A stretch of 55,959 bases of DNA from a virus (taxonomy: Duplodnaviria > Caudoviricetes), in the IMG/VR virus record IMGVR_UViG_3300036791_000391, positions 1-55,959 of that record; one strand, given 5' to 3'. The translations under genes were made by a program, and so were the position numbers. The notes under the pieces were generated by a model, which saw only the letters and a program-made list of their open reading frames with translations, searched no databases and was not told where the DNA came from. Below, in pieces: positions 26,937 through 35,808 of the stretch. The first letter of the stretch is position 1, and each line of letters opens with the position of its first letter.

Positions 26937-27577
26937 CTCGGCCTCAATTGTCCGGCCAGCCGTCTGGCCTCGGCCATTTCCTCCGGCGTGATGTCCCCGG
27001 CTCGCACCCGCCGGAACGCCCGAATCATCGGCTCCATCACCTCACGCTCCTCACCGGCCTCGATGGCGGCGTCGATCATCTCCACCATCTCCGGCGGCAG
27101 GGTATGGCCCAGCGCCATACCCGAGTACATCGCGTGCGCGAAGCGACCGCTCATCCGCTCGTTTTCGCCGGTCACCCACTCGCCCAGCGTGACGGCACCG
27201 TTCTCCCGGATGACGGGTGCGCTGTGAAACTGTTGACCACCGTCGGCCCCGGCGTGGATCACGAAGACGGTCTCGGCGCGCGCAGGGTGCTCCTCGAAGT
27301 TGCGGTTGCCCCACTCGGCGCGCTCCTCGGGCGTTATCCCGAGCAGCGTCCAGGCCATGGTGCCGAACACCGCCTCGGTGGCGCGATGCATGGCCAACGA
27401 CGCCATCATCACCTCCGCGATGGCGTCGCGCGGCTTGCCGAACTCCGGCATGTCCAGGGCCATGTAGACCCTCGCCTTGGGGCCATCGAACAGCATGAAC
27501 GGCATGAAGTCGTCGTCGCCGTGCAGGTCCGAGACCTCTCGGGTGATCTGCTTTCGGGCATCATCGAGCAGGCTCAT
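26933..27577 (-). CDS. hypothetical protein (paralog of 51829..52491)
   Basis: Shared DDDxMP, LGxW, GRF, PPE motifs. Confidence 0.7.
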   Translation of the reverse strand: MSLLDDARKQITREVSDLHGDDDFMPFMLFDGPKARVYMALDMPEFGKPRDAIAEVMMASLAMHRATEAVFGTMAWTLLGITPEERAEWGNRNFEEHPARAETVFVIHAGADGGQQFHSAPVIRENGAVTLGEWVTGENERMSGRFAHAMYSGMALGHTLPPEMVEMIDAAIEAGEEREVMEPMIRAFRRVRAGDITPEEMAEARRLAGQLRPR

Positions 27578-27625
27578 GTCCCCTCCGGCAGTGGGTCCAG
27601 GTATCGGGCCGACGCCGCCAGAACC

Positions 27626-27844
27626 TCACTTCAGCTGCTCTTGAATCGCTACACCGAAGTCGACCGGCCTGCAGAACATCGTGTGCTCGACCGCGTAGCG
27701 CATCGCGGTCAGCTCGGACCCGAACAGGATGAAGTTCTCCCCGAGCGGTTTGTCGTAACAGCACCAGACCCGGCGCCGATCCTTGGTCTCGGGCGCGGCG
27801 GTTTTAGCCGTTTTACCAGCGGTTTTGGTGGGTTCCTCGGTCAT
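27626..27844 (-). CDS. hypothetical protein
   Basis: GAAAGGAG RBS; FGSELTAMRYAV. Confidence 0.6.
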   Translation of the reverse strand: MTEEPTKTAGKTAKTAAPETKDRRRVWCCYDKPLGENFILFGSELTAMRYAVEHTMFCRPVDFGVAIQEQLK

Positions 27845-28032
27845 GTTGTTCTTGGTTCTCCTTTCCCGGCAATCGGATCGCCGGTTACCTCCAACTCCCC
27901 GTACAGCACCGCGTCGAGCGCATGATGACGGTCGCCCCACCGCCAGCGCAGCGAGAGGCTGTAGGGGCAGTCGAACTTCAGCGTTCCGCTATGGCTTTCG
28001 CCCACTGGGAACGAGTAATGGGTGATCTTCAT
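27841..28032 (-). CDS. hypothetical protein
   Basis: AAGGAG RBS, overlaps. Confidence 0.5.
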   Translation of the reverse strand: MKITHYSFPVGESHSGTLKFDCPYSLSLRWRWGDRHHALDAVLYGELEVTGDPIAGKGEPRTT

Positions 28033-28262
28033 TCGCCGATCTCCTTGGGCATGAACGCGTAGGTCGGGGTGTGGCCGCACTGCGGGCACTCGGTCTCCGG
28101 TTTGTCCTCACGGAAGAACGGCACGCCCTCCTCGTTGGCCCCGTCCGGGAGTCGGTGCAGGTGGAACCGGTGATCCGCCGCCCATGTCAGCATCGCCCGC
28201 CACAGCGACTCGTGGACGATCAGGATCTGGCGCGGCTCGAAGTCGGGGGCGGGGTCGGTCAT
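28029..28262 (-). CDS. hypothetical protein
   Basis: CPQC; overlaps. Confidence 0.55.
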   Translation of the reverse strand: MTDPAPDFEPRQILIVHESLWRAMLTWAADHRFHLHRLPDGANEEGVPFFREDKPETECPQCGHTPTYAFMPKEIGE

Positions 28263-28723
28263 TCGACGGGAGCGATGTAGGCCGTGCTGAAGTCGACGGA
28301 GCCGGTCACCGTGTCCCCGGCGGTCACCGTGACCAGGCCGGTCAGCAGGATCGGGGTGGGAGCGCCCTCCCCGCCGTGCGTCTCGACCGTGGAGACGCTG
28401 ACGCTGCTGACGCCGGGCGCTCCGACGACGAAGGTGGCGCCCATCCCGTCGTCGGTGGGGGTGCAGGTGAGCACCGATCCGTCGCCGACCTCCCAGACCG
28501 GGGTCTCGTCCGGGGTGGTCGGGTTCCCCTCGGCGTCCTGAAACGTGACGGTCGCGGACAGGTGGGCTTCCGCCGCGTCAACGGTGATCTCGCCCATATG
28601 GGCCTCTCTTTCGGTTGTGAAGGTGATGACGCCACGGATTGTGTCGCCACCGGGGCTCGGGGGATGAATCTCGATCTGTCCCGAGACGTTGATAGTGAAC
28701 GTGACCCGCCACGGCGCGCTCAT
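28259..28723 (-). CDS. Ig-like beta-sandwich protein
   Basis: SATVTFQDAEGNP..PVWEVGDGSVL..; Thr/Val-rich; second in-frame start at 28597. Confidence 0.55.
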   Translation of the reverse strand: MSAPWRVTFTINVSGQIEIHPPSPGGDTIRGVITFTTEREAHMGEITVDAAEAHLSATVTFQDAEGNPTTPDETPVWEVGDGSVLTCTPTDDGMGATFVVGAPGVSSVSVSTVETHGGEGAPTPILLTGLVTVTAGDTVTGSVDFSTAYIAPVE

Positions 28724-28920
28724 CGACGGCTGGCCCACGTCTTCCCGCAGTTGCACTCGTGGTATGCGCCGGGACGCTGGAATGTGTTCTGCTCGAACAC
28801 ATTGATCAGCGGCTTGCCCGCCCCGTCCCGGATTACCCGGTCGGGCCTGATCGCCGGGTGGAAGACAATGTAGTGGCTCTTGACGTACTGGTGCCAGAGC
28901 CGGTTAAGCGCGCCGATCAC
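28720..28920 (-). CDS. hypothetical protein
   Basis: GGAGGAG RBS; HECNCG. Confidence 0.55.
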   Translation of the reverse strand: MIGALNRLWHQYVKSHYIVFHPAIRPDRVIRDGAGKPLINVFEQNTFQRPGAYHECNCGKTWASRR

Positions 28921-29267
28921 GGCTCCTCCATCAGGTCACGGTGCGCGGCGACCCAGCCCAGCACCTCGTCCCGGGACATCTCCCAGTTCTGGTTCGGGGG
29001 CAGGGGTGTGATCCGCTCGAACTTGAACTGCTGATAGAGCCGGGGATGGATGTTCTCGGCGGCGTCGCCTTCCAGCCCGAGCGCGTGGGTCAGGATGCTC
29101 CGGGCCAGGTCGGCGGGACCGGAGCCCGCGTAGCCCCACTCGAAGCCGTCCGGGGAATGGCGCTCGTTGTGTGGGAGCGCGAACGCGACCGCGCCGTCCT
29201 CGATCACCCCGACATAGACCCGGCCGGTCGGGTAGCGGCTCCCGATGTAACCACGCTGGACCGTCAT
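28917..29267 (-). CDS. DUF6166 family protein
   Basis: HSPDGFEWGYAGSGPADLARSIL..LYQQFK. Confidence 0.8.
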   Translation of the reverse strand: MTVQRGYIGSRYPTGRVYVGVIEDGAVAFALPHNERHSPDGFEWGYAGSGPADLARSILTHALGLEGDAAENIHPRLYQQFKFERITPLPPNQNWEMSRDEVLGWVAAHRDLMEEP

Positions 29268-29491
29268 CTCACGGTCACCTCGATGGCCTTGATCAGGGGC
29301 GCGTCTAAGATCTGCCGCGCGAACTTCTTGCGCCACGCGTCCCGAACGGCCCCGGGCACCTGACCGAAGTCGTGCACCGTGAAGCCGTGGGCCCGGCCCC
29401 AGCGCCGGAGCGCCTCGTTGTCCGGTGACCCGTCCGGCTTGACCGGGTATGGGTATGCGGCCCCGGCGCTGACCAGCATGATCCCGGTCAT
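29264..29491 (-). CDS. Lsr2-like C-terminal DNA-binding domain protein
   Basis: EALRRWGRAHGFTVHDFGQVPGAVRDAW versus Lsr2 IREWARRNGHNVSTRGRIP. Confidence 0.7.
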   Translation of the reverse strand: MTGIMLVSAGAAYPYPVKPDGSPDNEALRRWGRAHGFTVHDFGQVPGAVRDAWRKKFARQILDAPLIKAIEVTVR

Positions 29492-29922
29492 GGCCAGCTC
29501 GGGAAGACGAAGCACAGCCGGGCCTCCTTCCGGGCGGCGTCGTTGATCACCACCTCACAGGTCAGGCACGCGCACCCCCCGGAATGCCCGACCAAGGTGA
29601 TCCCGTGACAGTTCAGGTGTGCCGTCTTATAGCCCATCCCGATTGGGCGGCCCGGCTTGTCCTGCCGCACCAGTGAAGCCAACGCCGGTTCCCCGTTCTC
29701 CCCGTTCAGCTGGCCCAGCTCCGCGAGCGGCAGCCGCTTGTACCACCAGTTCCCGTTAGTCCGCGCACGCCACCCGAACCGGGCCCCCAGGGTGTCGTAC
29801 AGCTTCCCGTAAGTGATCGTCTTACCCCGCTTCGCGTACCCCACCAGCAGGTCATAGGTGAACATCAGCACCGGGTCCGTCCGGTCGATAGGTGGCTGCC
29901 CAGCCAGGAGTGGTGTGGTCAT
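29488..29922 (-). CDS. winged-helix-like protein, first gene of leftward operon
   Basis: LLVGYAKRGKTITYGKL..EPALASLV..G.PIGMGY. Confidence 0.6.
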   Translation of the reverse strand: MTTPLLAGQPPIDRTDPVLMFTYDLLVGYAKRGKTITYGKLYDTLGARFGWRARTNGNWWYKRLPLAELGQLNGENGEPALASLVRQDKPGRPIGMGYKTAHLNCHGITLVGHSGGCACLTCEVVINDAARKEARLCFVFPSWP

Positions 29923-29985
29923 CGATTCACCTTTCCGGGCGTGGCCCTGTGCCGTGCCCCAGCGCTTCAAACTCTACCCCACTAG
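29923..29985 (-). promoter_or_regulatory. degenerate cassette copy
   Basis: CTAGTGGGG-TAGAGT; GGGCACGGC-ACAGG-GCCACGCCC 29937-29959; GAAAGG RBS. Confidence 0.65.
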
Positions 29986-29989
29986 AACG

Positions 29990-30990
29990 AGCGATGGCAG
30001 CAAAGTTTGGGGGTGTGTCTCCCGCCGGTGGGCCGTGTGTACCCGAGCTGCGGTGATGGGGGATTTGCCGTTACCGCCCAGCAAACCCGGGCCTAGTGGA
30101 GATGCGTTGGGGGCGCGTGCATTTGGTGATCGGCGTGTGCGTGAAATGTGTTGGGGGAGCGGGGGATTCACGGCTAAGCCGATTTACGAAACGGCAACTA
30201 GTTCAGGGGAGAGATACCGAGACGTCCTCTCTCGATGCTCCGTCGGCCGCGTCGACTTTGCGGCCGACGATGCGGGGGTGGTCGCGGCTGGGATGTACGC
30301 GGGCGGCGGCGGTTTGGCGGTGCGGCGTCGGCGGCTCCCGCCCGAGCTGCGGACCGACGCCAAATGCCGTGTGCCCCAATCGGATTGGTCGGCACCAGAG
30401 GTGTTCGGGCAGTACGCATTTCGTCGTCGTGTGGTGCGGGCGCGCGGGCTCGCTGGCGAGCCGTGACCTGTGTAGCGGATCGCGGATCGCGTCACGCGGA
30501 ATCGGGCGGTCGGGTCGACGGCTAATGACCACCGACGCCAGTCCGACGACAGCCTCGGCACCTAGCTTCCCCAGGTCCGCTGGGAAGGGCACGGGGAGCG
30601 ACCGCAGGTAGTGTCCCGATGCGGTCCCGATCCGGGCGGACCACCCCCACGGCGTTTCGGCGGGTCGGGCGGGTCGCGGGTCGCGGACCGGCGCGGCGCA
30701 GCCGATCGGCTTGTCCACACGGCGTGAACCTCGCTCATCGAGGGCAGTAAGTCCCGCCGTCCCGGTGGGATCGTCTGCCCCACCCCTCGCGCCACTGCGT
30801 GTGGAGGACGGCGGGTTCGATCAATCCGGGTCGGGGGAGTACCTGTCCACGGCGGGAGTACCTGCCGTCAGGAGGCGGGGATTGTTGCCCTACCGGGGTC
30901 TCCTGGCCGGGAGGACCCTGCCCTTCGAGGGCAGGGAGCTTCCGGGATTGTGGGGAGGAGATCGGCTAGCGGGCGGGGAGTGTTGCCGGG
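29990..30990. other. ~1 kb non-coding divergent region, candidate genome-end (cos) junction
   Basis: No coding-like ORF; dyad GAGAGA-N13-TCTCTC 30209-30233; perfect 10-bp hairpin 30241-30269; GGGAGTACCTG twice. Confidence 0.4.
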
Positions 30991-30995
30991 ACTGG

Positions 30996-31076
30996 CTAAT
31001 TGTTAGCGCGGTAGAGTAGAGTCGTGCTCAGTACCCCGGCACCAGGCCAGGGACCAGCACACCAAGGAGATTCGCA
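30996..31076 (+). promoter_or_regulatory. conserved cassette copy
   Basis: CTAATTGTTAGCGCGGTAGAG-TAGAGT; CCCCGGC-ACCAG-GCCAGGG; CAAGGAGATTCGCA. Confidence 0.85.
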
Positions 31077-31166
31077 ATGAGCAAGCACCGAGCCAAGGCA
31101 CCGCTGTCCCGGGGCGAGAACTGGCAGCACCCGCACATGCTCGACTGGACCGGGATCGTGAACTGA
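31077..31166 (+). CDS. 29-aa peptide
   Basis: MSKHRAKAPLSRGENWQHPHMLDWTGIVN; consensus RBS; TGATG coupling. Confidence 0.6.
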   Translation: MSKHRAKAPLSRGENWQHPHMLDWTGIVN

Positions 31167-31456
31167 TGCCAACCCCAACGGGACTACCCAAGCCCGGTGA
31201 GATCTGGGAGAAACGGACCAAGCTGCCCGAACCAGGCGGCGGCGACCGGGTCTGGAAGGAATACGTGACCCGGTTCCAGGTGATTAGCCGAAGCCGTGGC
31301 GACTACTGGGCGATGCACGTCAAAGTGCTTAGCGGCGGCGGTATCGAGGAACGGGTCACCACGATGGGTGAGCGGGCTCGGCTCCAACACTGGGTGGACT
31401 GCGCCTGGTGGATGCGGAACGGCGAGCTGCACTACATCAAGGCGGGTGACTTATGA
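31166..31456 (+). CDS. hypothetical protein
   Basis: PKPGEIW; coupled. Confidence 0.65.
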   Translation: MPTPTGLPKPGEIWEKRTKLPEPGGGDRVWKEYVTRFQVISRSRGDYWAMHVKVLSGGGIEERVTTMGERARLQHWVDCAWWMRNGELHYIKAGDL

Positions 31457-31725
31457 CCGATCCCCAGCTGGAAGCGGCTGTCAGGGCCGAGGCCAAAAAG
31501 CGCAACGTTAATCCCGACGAAGTGTGGTGGATGGTGGACCACCCCGAAGCTGTCATGGCGGCCATCCTGGCTGATCCGGCGGTTGCGGACGCCGTGCATG
31601 ACGCGCTGCAGGAGGTTGGCGCTCGGGAGCGCCTAGCGAAGCACGAGAAGCGTCACCCTCAGTGGGCCAGTAACTGTAAGTATTGCGACGCGCGCCGGTA
31701 CTTCGATCGGGAGCAGCGACGATGA
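31453..31725 (+). CDS. hypothetical protein
   Basis: ATGA overlaps; H..H..CKYC. Confidence 0.65.
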   Translation: MTDPQLEAAVRAEAKKRNVNPDEVWWMVDHPEAVMAAILADPAVADAVHDALQEVGARERLAKHEKRHPQWASNCKYCDARRYFDREQRR

Positions 31726-32480
31726 GCGGCAACCTGCTGGTGATCGACTGGGATTACTTCTTTTACAACCCGCTCTACGCCGTCGATCACGAGGACAAGC
31801 GGTTCTGGCTGTTCGACTGGGGCCACAGCGAGACCGGCATGTTTACCGACCTCATCTGGCCGGTGCGCGGGGCGTCGTTCCTGAGCCACGACATGCCGCT
31901 GCCGGGTGTGGAGGTGCCGGAGGGCTGGTGGGACCGGTTCACCATCGCCGACGACGCGATCTGCGAGGTCTCCGACTCGAACATGTACTCGGGGGTGGTC
32001 GATGGCGGTCGAGCGTTCGATCACGTGTGGCTGTTCGACGCCCACCACGACCTGTACCGGATCACGACGCAGGAGCAGCTGAAGGAATACGCCAAGAAGG
32101 GCAACGTGACCTGCGAGGACTGGATGTTCGCGCATCACCTGCGCGGGTCGAAGCTGCACTGGCGCTGGCCGCGCTGGTTCAGCTACGGCAAGAAGATGCG
32201 CGCCACCGAGATCCCGAAATGGGTCGGGCTGGACGCCCGTAAGGACGATTTGGCTCGGTTCGATCCCCGGATGCGGTTCGACGCGGTGTCCATCTGCCGT
32301 TCCGGGGCGTGGGTGCCGCCATGGTGCGACGAGGAGTTCGAGCGGTTCTACACCTCCTGCCCAGCGGGTGAGATCGTCCAGGTGGACGACGTGGACCTGA
32401 AACGGCCGGTGGACATGGATGTTATGCGCGCCGACGCTGAGCGGATGAAGCAGGCGGAGGACGTGAGCGGTAATTGCTAG
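31722..32480 (+). CDS. arginase/deacetylase-fold (UPF0489-like) metallohydrolase
   Basis: LVIDWDYFF, LFDAHHDL, VTCEDW, ICRSGAWVPP. Confidence 0.6.
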   Translation: MSGNLLVIDWDYFFYNPLYAVDHEDKRFWLFDWGHSETGMFTDLIWPVRGASFLSHDMPLPGVEVPEGWWDRFTIADDAICEVSDSNMYSGVVDGGRAFDHVWLFDAHHDLYRITTQEQLKEYAKKGNVTCEDWMFAHHLRGSKLHWRWPRWFSYGKKMRATEIPKWVGLDARKDDLARFDPRMRFDAVSICRSGAWVPPWCDEEFERFYTSCPAGEIVQVDDVDLKRPVDMDVMRADAERMKQAEDVSGNC

Positions 32481-32552
32481 CGCGGTAGACAAACCGTGCT
32501 AGACTCACCATGAGCCCGGCAAAAGGCCAGGCCAGACCCAGGAGATTCGCAC
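32471..32552 (+). promoter_or_regulatory. conserved cassette copy
   Basis: TAATTGCTAGCGCGGTAGA; TGC-TAGACT; GCCCGGC-AAAAG-GCCAGGC; CAGGAGATTCGCA. Confidence 0.85.
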
Positions 32553-33182
32553 ATGACCGTTCGCGTGTTCACCACCACCGGCCCGGATTCGGGCCACCCG
32601 TTCCAGACCATCGAGGCCGCCGAGGACTGGCTGCGCACCGAGCGCTACGTGGCCCGCCGCACCCAGCCCGGCAACTGGGTGCTCGCCCGCCTGGAGGGCA
32701 ACCTGTTCGCCTCCGTCGTGAACGAGGACGACTCCCCCGCCTGGACGCCGAACTTCGGCAAGCGCGGCGCGGAAGTCCTCGCCGAGGCGAAGGTCATGGA
32801 GGCCCGCATCGCGGCGCTCGAAGCCGAGCCGGTCACCTTCCCGTCCACCGAGCCCGCCGTGATCGACCAGCTGGTCAACCGGGCCGTTCCGCTCAGCTTC
32901 GAGAAGGCGGTCGCGAACTTCCGGGCCGTCCAGGCGCAGTTCGCCAAGTTCGGCGCGGCCGACACCGAGCCCAACGCGGTGTTCGCGGAGCTGCTGTGCG
33001 AGATCTACGAGCGCCGCCGGTACTGGATCCACGCGTCCGCGAAGGGCTGGCAGCTGTACGGCTCGAACGGGGCGGGAACCGCCGCGAAGGAGCTGCGCCG
33101 GGCCGCGAGCCTGGTCGCCCGGGCCGGGCTGCGGGAGCGCGGCGCGCTGGTCCGCTACGTTCGCGAGAACGGGTGGGCGTGA
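32553..33182 (+). CDS. hypothetical protein
   Basis: Consensus RBS, strong GC3 bias. Confidence 0.75.
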   Translation: MTVRVFTTTGPDSGHPFQTIEAAEDWLRTERYVARRTQPGNWVLARLEGNLFASVVNEDDSPAWTPNFGKRGAEVLAEAKVMEARIAALEAEPVTFPSTEPAVIDQLVNRAVPLSFEKAVANFRAVQAQFAKFGAADTEPNAVFAELLCEIYERRRYWIHASAKGWQLYGSNGAGTAAKELRRAASLVARAGLRERGALVRYVRENGWA

Positions 33183-33427
33183 TGATCGCGTACGTGATAC
33201 CGGCCCGGGGCGACGCGGGCACGGTGATCACCGGCAACGGCGGCTACCCGGTCACGGTGGCGGGCGTCGGGTCGGGGGGCGTGATCTACGTCCAGCGGGA
33301 GTTCCCGAACGGTCCCATCGAGACCTACACCCGGCGCATGTCGGGGCGCTATATCCAGTCGGGGAGGCCGGTGAAGGGCGGGCCGGAGTTACGGGTCGAG
33401 GGGGGAATGGGTGATGAGGGTGCTTGA
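33182..33427 (+). CDS. hypothetical protein
   Basis: Start MIAYVIP, coupled. Confidence 0.55.
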   Translation: MIAYVIPARGDAGTVITGNGGYPVTVAGVGSGGVIYVQREFPNGPIETYTRRMSGRYIQSGRPVKGGPELRVEGGMGDEGA

Positions 33428-33584
33428 TTGGGCTCCGTGCGGGGCGTGCGATCGGCAGCTCGAACTCCGGGCCGGGGCGGACGCCTGGGGCGCCGAGGAC
33501 GACTGGGTGCACGTCGGTGCCGAGGGCGACTACGTGTACCGGGACCACCACCCGGTGCCGTTCAACGGTCGGGTGGCGATGTGA
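33414..33584 (+). CDS. small zinc-binding protein
   Basis: Manual ORF MRVLDWAPCGACDR..WVH..DHHPVP. Confidence 0.5.
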   Translation: MRVLDWAPCGACDRQLELRAGADAWGAEDDWVHVGAEGDYVYRDHHPVPFNGRVAM

Positions 33585-34066
33585 TCCCGTTCGCGATTCT
33601 GCTCGGCCTGGTGGGCTCGGGCGCGGTCGCCTACGCGGCGCGTGGGCTGTGGATCTCCCGGCCCCAGCCGCCGATAGGACCGTGTGACATGCTCTCCCCG
33701 GATGGGCAGCCCTGCTCGGGCACGATCGGGCACGTGGGCTGGCACCACAGCGACGAGGTGGAGTGGTTCGGCGACGCCTGGATGCTCCCCGAGCGGACGG
33801 TCGGGGCGCCCGTGAAGCCCGATATGTCGTGGATCGAGTTCGAGACCATCGGGTCGAGCCCGGCGAAGCTGATCGGCCTGATCCTGGGCATCCCCGCCGC
33901 CGCCCTGGCCGTCTTCGTCGGGATCGGCATCGCCATGAGTATCGCGAACGAGCCGCCGCCGCCCGACCCGCACGCGCACTGCGCGATGACCTCGGCGACC
34001 GTGAACGCCCTGAACCCGTACTGCCCGGACAGCCCGGACTATCACCCACGGAAAGGAAACAAGTAA
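33581..34066 (+). CDS. membrane protein (two TM helices)
   Basis: GTG start VIPFAILLGL; second TM LIGLILGIPAAALAVF. Confidence 0.6.
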   Translation: MIPFAILLGLVGSGAVAYAARGLWISRPQPPIGPCDMLSPDGQPCSGTIGHVGWHHSDEVEWFGDAWMLPERTVGAPVKPDMSWIEFETIGSSPAKLIGLILGIPAAALAVFVGIGIAMSIANEPPPPDPHAHCAMTSATVNALNPYCPDSPDYHPRKGNK

Positions 34067-34290
34067 TGGACATCGGGATCTACACCGACCGAGCCACCCT
34101 GCTGAAGATCGCCGAGCAGATCCGCAGCACGTTCGCGGATTCCAGCGGGCACACCGACACCCTGGTCTACGGCCAGACCAATGAGTTGACCGATCCCGAC
34201 GAGGTGCGCATCACCTTCTCCAACGACGATTCCGAACCCGAGGACGGCGGCTACCAGAACGGTGGCGTGATCGTGGAGGTGGAGAAGTGA
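34066..34290 (+). CDS. hypothetical protein
   Basis: GAAAGGA RBS; TAATG overlap. Confidence 0.6.
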   Translation: MDIGIYTDRATLLKIAEQIRSTFADSSGHTDTLVYGQTNELTDPDEVRITFSNDDSEPEDGGYQNGGVIVEVEK

Positions 34291-34685
34291 CCGACTTCGA
34301 ATACCGCCGGATCATGGCCGAGAACGGCGCGTTCGGCGAATCACCCTTCGACAAGCGTGACTGTGTGATCCAGGTCGTCAACCTCATCAACGGCGGCAGG
34401 AGCGCGTTCGACGGGCAGTTCGTGGTCTCGTACGACCCGAGCCATCCCGGCGTGGAGCCCGGCACTGGGCGGCCGATGCTGTGCCATCTGGTCACCACGC
34501 CGAACGTGGACGAGGCGACCCGGTTCACCAAGATCGAGGCGATGGAGCTGTGGCGGTCCGTCGACACGCGCAACCCGGTCCGACCGGACGGTAGGCCGAA
34601 CCGACCGTTTACCGCGTTCTCGGTGGAGATCGGGCCGCCCGACGAGAAGATGGCCCAGCTCATCCGGGACTTGCCGCCGCTATGA
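34287..34685 (+). CDS. hypothetical protein
   Basis: RPDGRPNRPFTAFSVEI motif. Confidence 0.7.
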   Translation: MTDFEYRRIMAENGAFGESPFDKRDCVIQVVNLINGGRSAFDGQFVVSYDPSHPGVEPGTGRPMLCHLVTTPNVDEATRFTKIEAMELWRSVDTRNPVRPDGRPNRPFTAFSVEIGPPDEKMAQLIRDLPPL

Positions 34686-34848
34686 GCTGTACCTGTAAGC
34701 CCAACCAGTGGCTCAAGTCTGATCCGGACTGCCCCGAGCATGGCCATGAGCACTGCTGGCATCCTCGCCACGCTCATCCCGGCTCGGACTGCTGTATCTG
34801 TCAGTTTGGCTCACGGCATGACACATGGCCGGAAGAATCGGGGCGGCT

Positions 34849-35241
34849 GTGAGCTACCCGCCCAGCTTCACCTGCACCTTGTGCTGGCGCACCAGCTTCC
34901 ACCCGAAGGACGTGGAGCACGGATTCTGCGGGCACTGTCATAACTACACGCCGGGCGTGATCGCCGAGGATTCGACGTACCAGCCGGGCCGCAACATCAG
35001 TTACCGAACCGCATCGGCACTCGTCCACCCGGACGGGTCGGTTACCTTCGCCGCGCCCCACGTCCCCCACGACGCCATCGAGGACTGGGAGGCGGTGCTT
35101 CGGGTCGCCAAGATGGAGTCGGCCCGCATCTGCCGACAGGGGCCGTTGGGCCTCTACCACGAAGCTCCCGGCACCGGGCCGGGGTTCCAACCGGAAGGAA
35201 CCACGCATGACGACCATACGCACACCGGAGACGATGGTTGA
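34849..35241 (+). CDS. zinc-ribbon hypothetical protein
   Basis: FTCTLCWRTSFHPKDVEHGFCGHCH. Confidence 0.6.
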   Translation: MSYPPSFTCTLCWRTSFHPKDVEHGFCGHCHNYTPGVIAEDSTYQPGRNISYRTASALVHPDGSVTFAAPHVPHDAIEDWEAVLRVAKMESARICRQGPLGLYHEAPGTGPGFQPEGTTHDDHTHTGDDG

Positions 35242-35530
35242 GCTGGACCTGGACCCGGCGACGCCGACCCGAGAGCAGCTGCTGGCTGTGGTGGACCAGA
35301 TGCAGCGGGACTGGGTGACGCTCAACACGTTCCTGAACGCCACGGCGTGCAGCTTCGGCTGGTGCGAGGAGTACGAGGAGCGGCTTGACGTGTACAACGG
35401 GTATTTCGAGGTGCTGAAGTTGGAGCCGCGCCCACGTCGCGACATCGGGAAGGCGGGCGGCAGGTACCTGATCCCGAACCTGGATCGGCTGAGCATCCGG
35501 AAGCTGCTGTTCCCCGAGGTCCGTGAATGA
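35207..35530 (+). CDS. hypothetical protein
   Basis: GAAGGA RBS; GWCEEYE. Confidence 0.65.
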   Translation: MTTIRTPETMVELDLDPATPTREQLLAVVDQMQRDWVTLNTFLNATACSFGWCEEYEERLDVYNGYFEVLKLEPRPRRDIGKAGGRYLIPNLDRLSIRKLLFPEVRE

Positions 35531-35808
35531 CCGACCGCCGGATGGACATCCACAAGGCCGAGCTGTGGTTCAACGCCAGCGTGTTCCTGGGCTGCGGCCC
35601 GCCGCCGATGGGTTGGGCGGTGGACTGGGACCGCATCGACCACACCACCAAGATCTGCACCGAGGCATGCGATCGAGAACGGTTGTGTGATGGTGGTTGC
35701 ATGGCCGGAATCCTGATCAAACACGTTGACTCGGGCCGTATTTGGCGATTAACTGGCGAACGCACCCGGCCACCCGATGAGATGTACCAGGGAAGGTGGC
35801 CGGATTGA
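35527..35808 (+). CDS. hypothetical protein, C-terminal WPD family
   Basis: Ends RIWRLTG...YQGRWPD*. Confidence 0.65.
   Translation: MTDRRMDIHKAELWFNASVFLGCGPPPMGWAVDWDRIDHTTKICTEACDRERLCDGGCMAGILIKHVDSGRIWRLTGERTRPPDEMYQGRWPD

Noticed and set aside
23189-29490. Other proteins ending WP or WPS as WPD-family members
   Set aside because: They lack the upstream (W/Y)xL strand and terminal Asp; they belong to other families
30096-31019. ORFs in the 30-31 kb gap
   Set aside because: No codon bias, RBS or motifs; treated as non-coding
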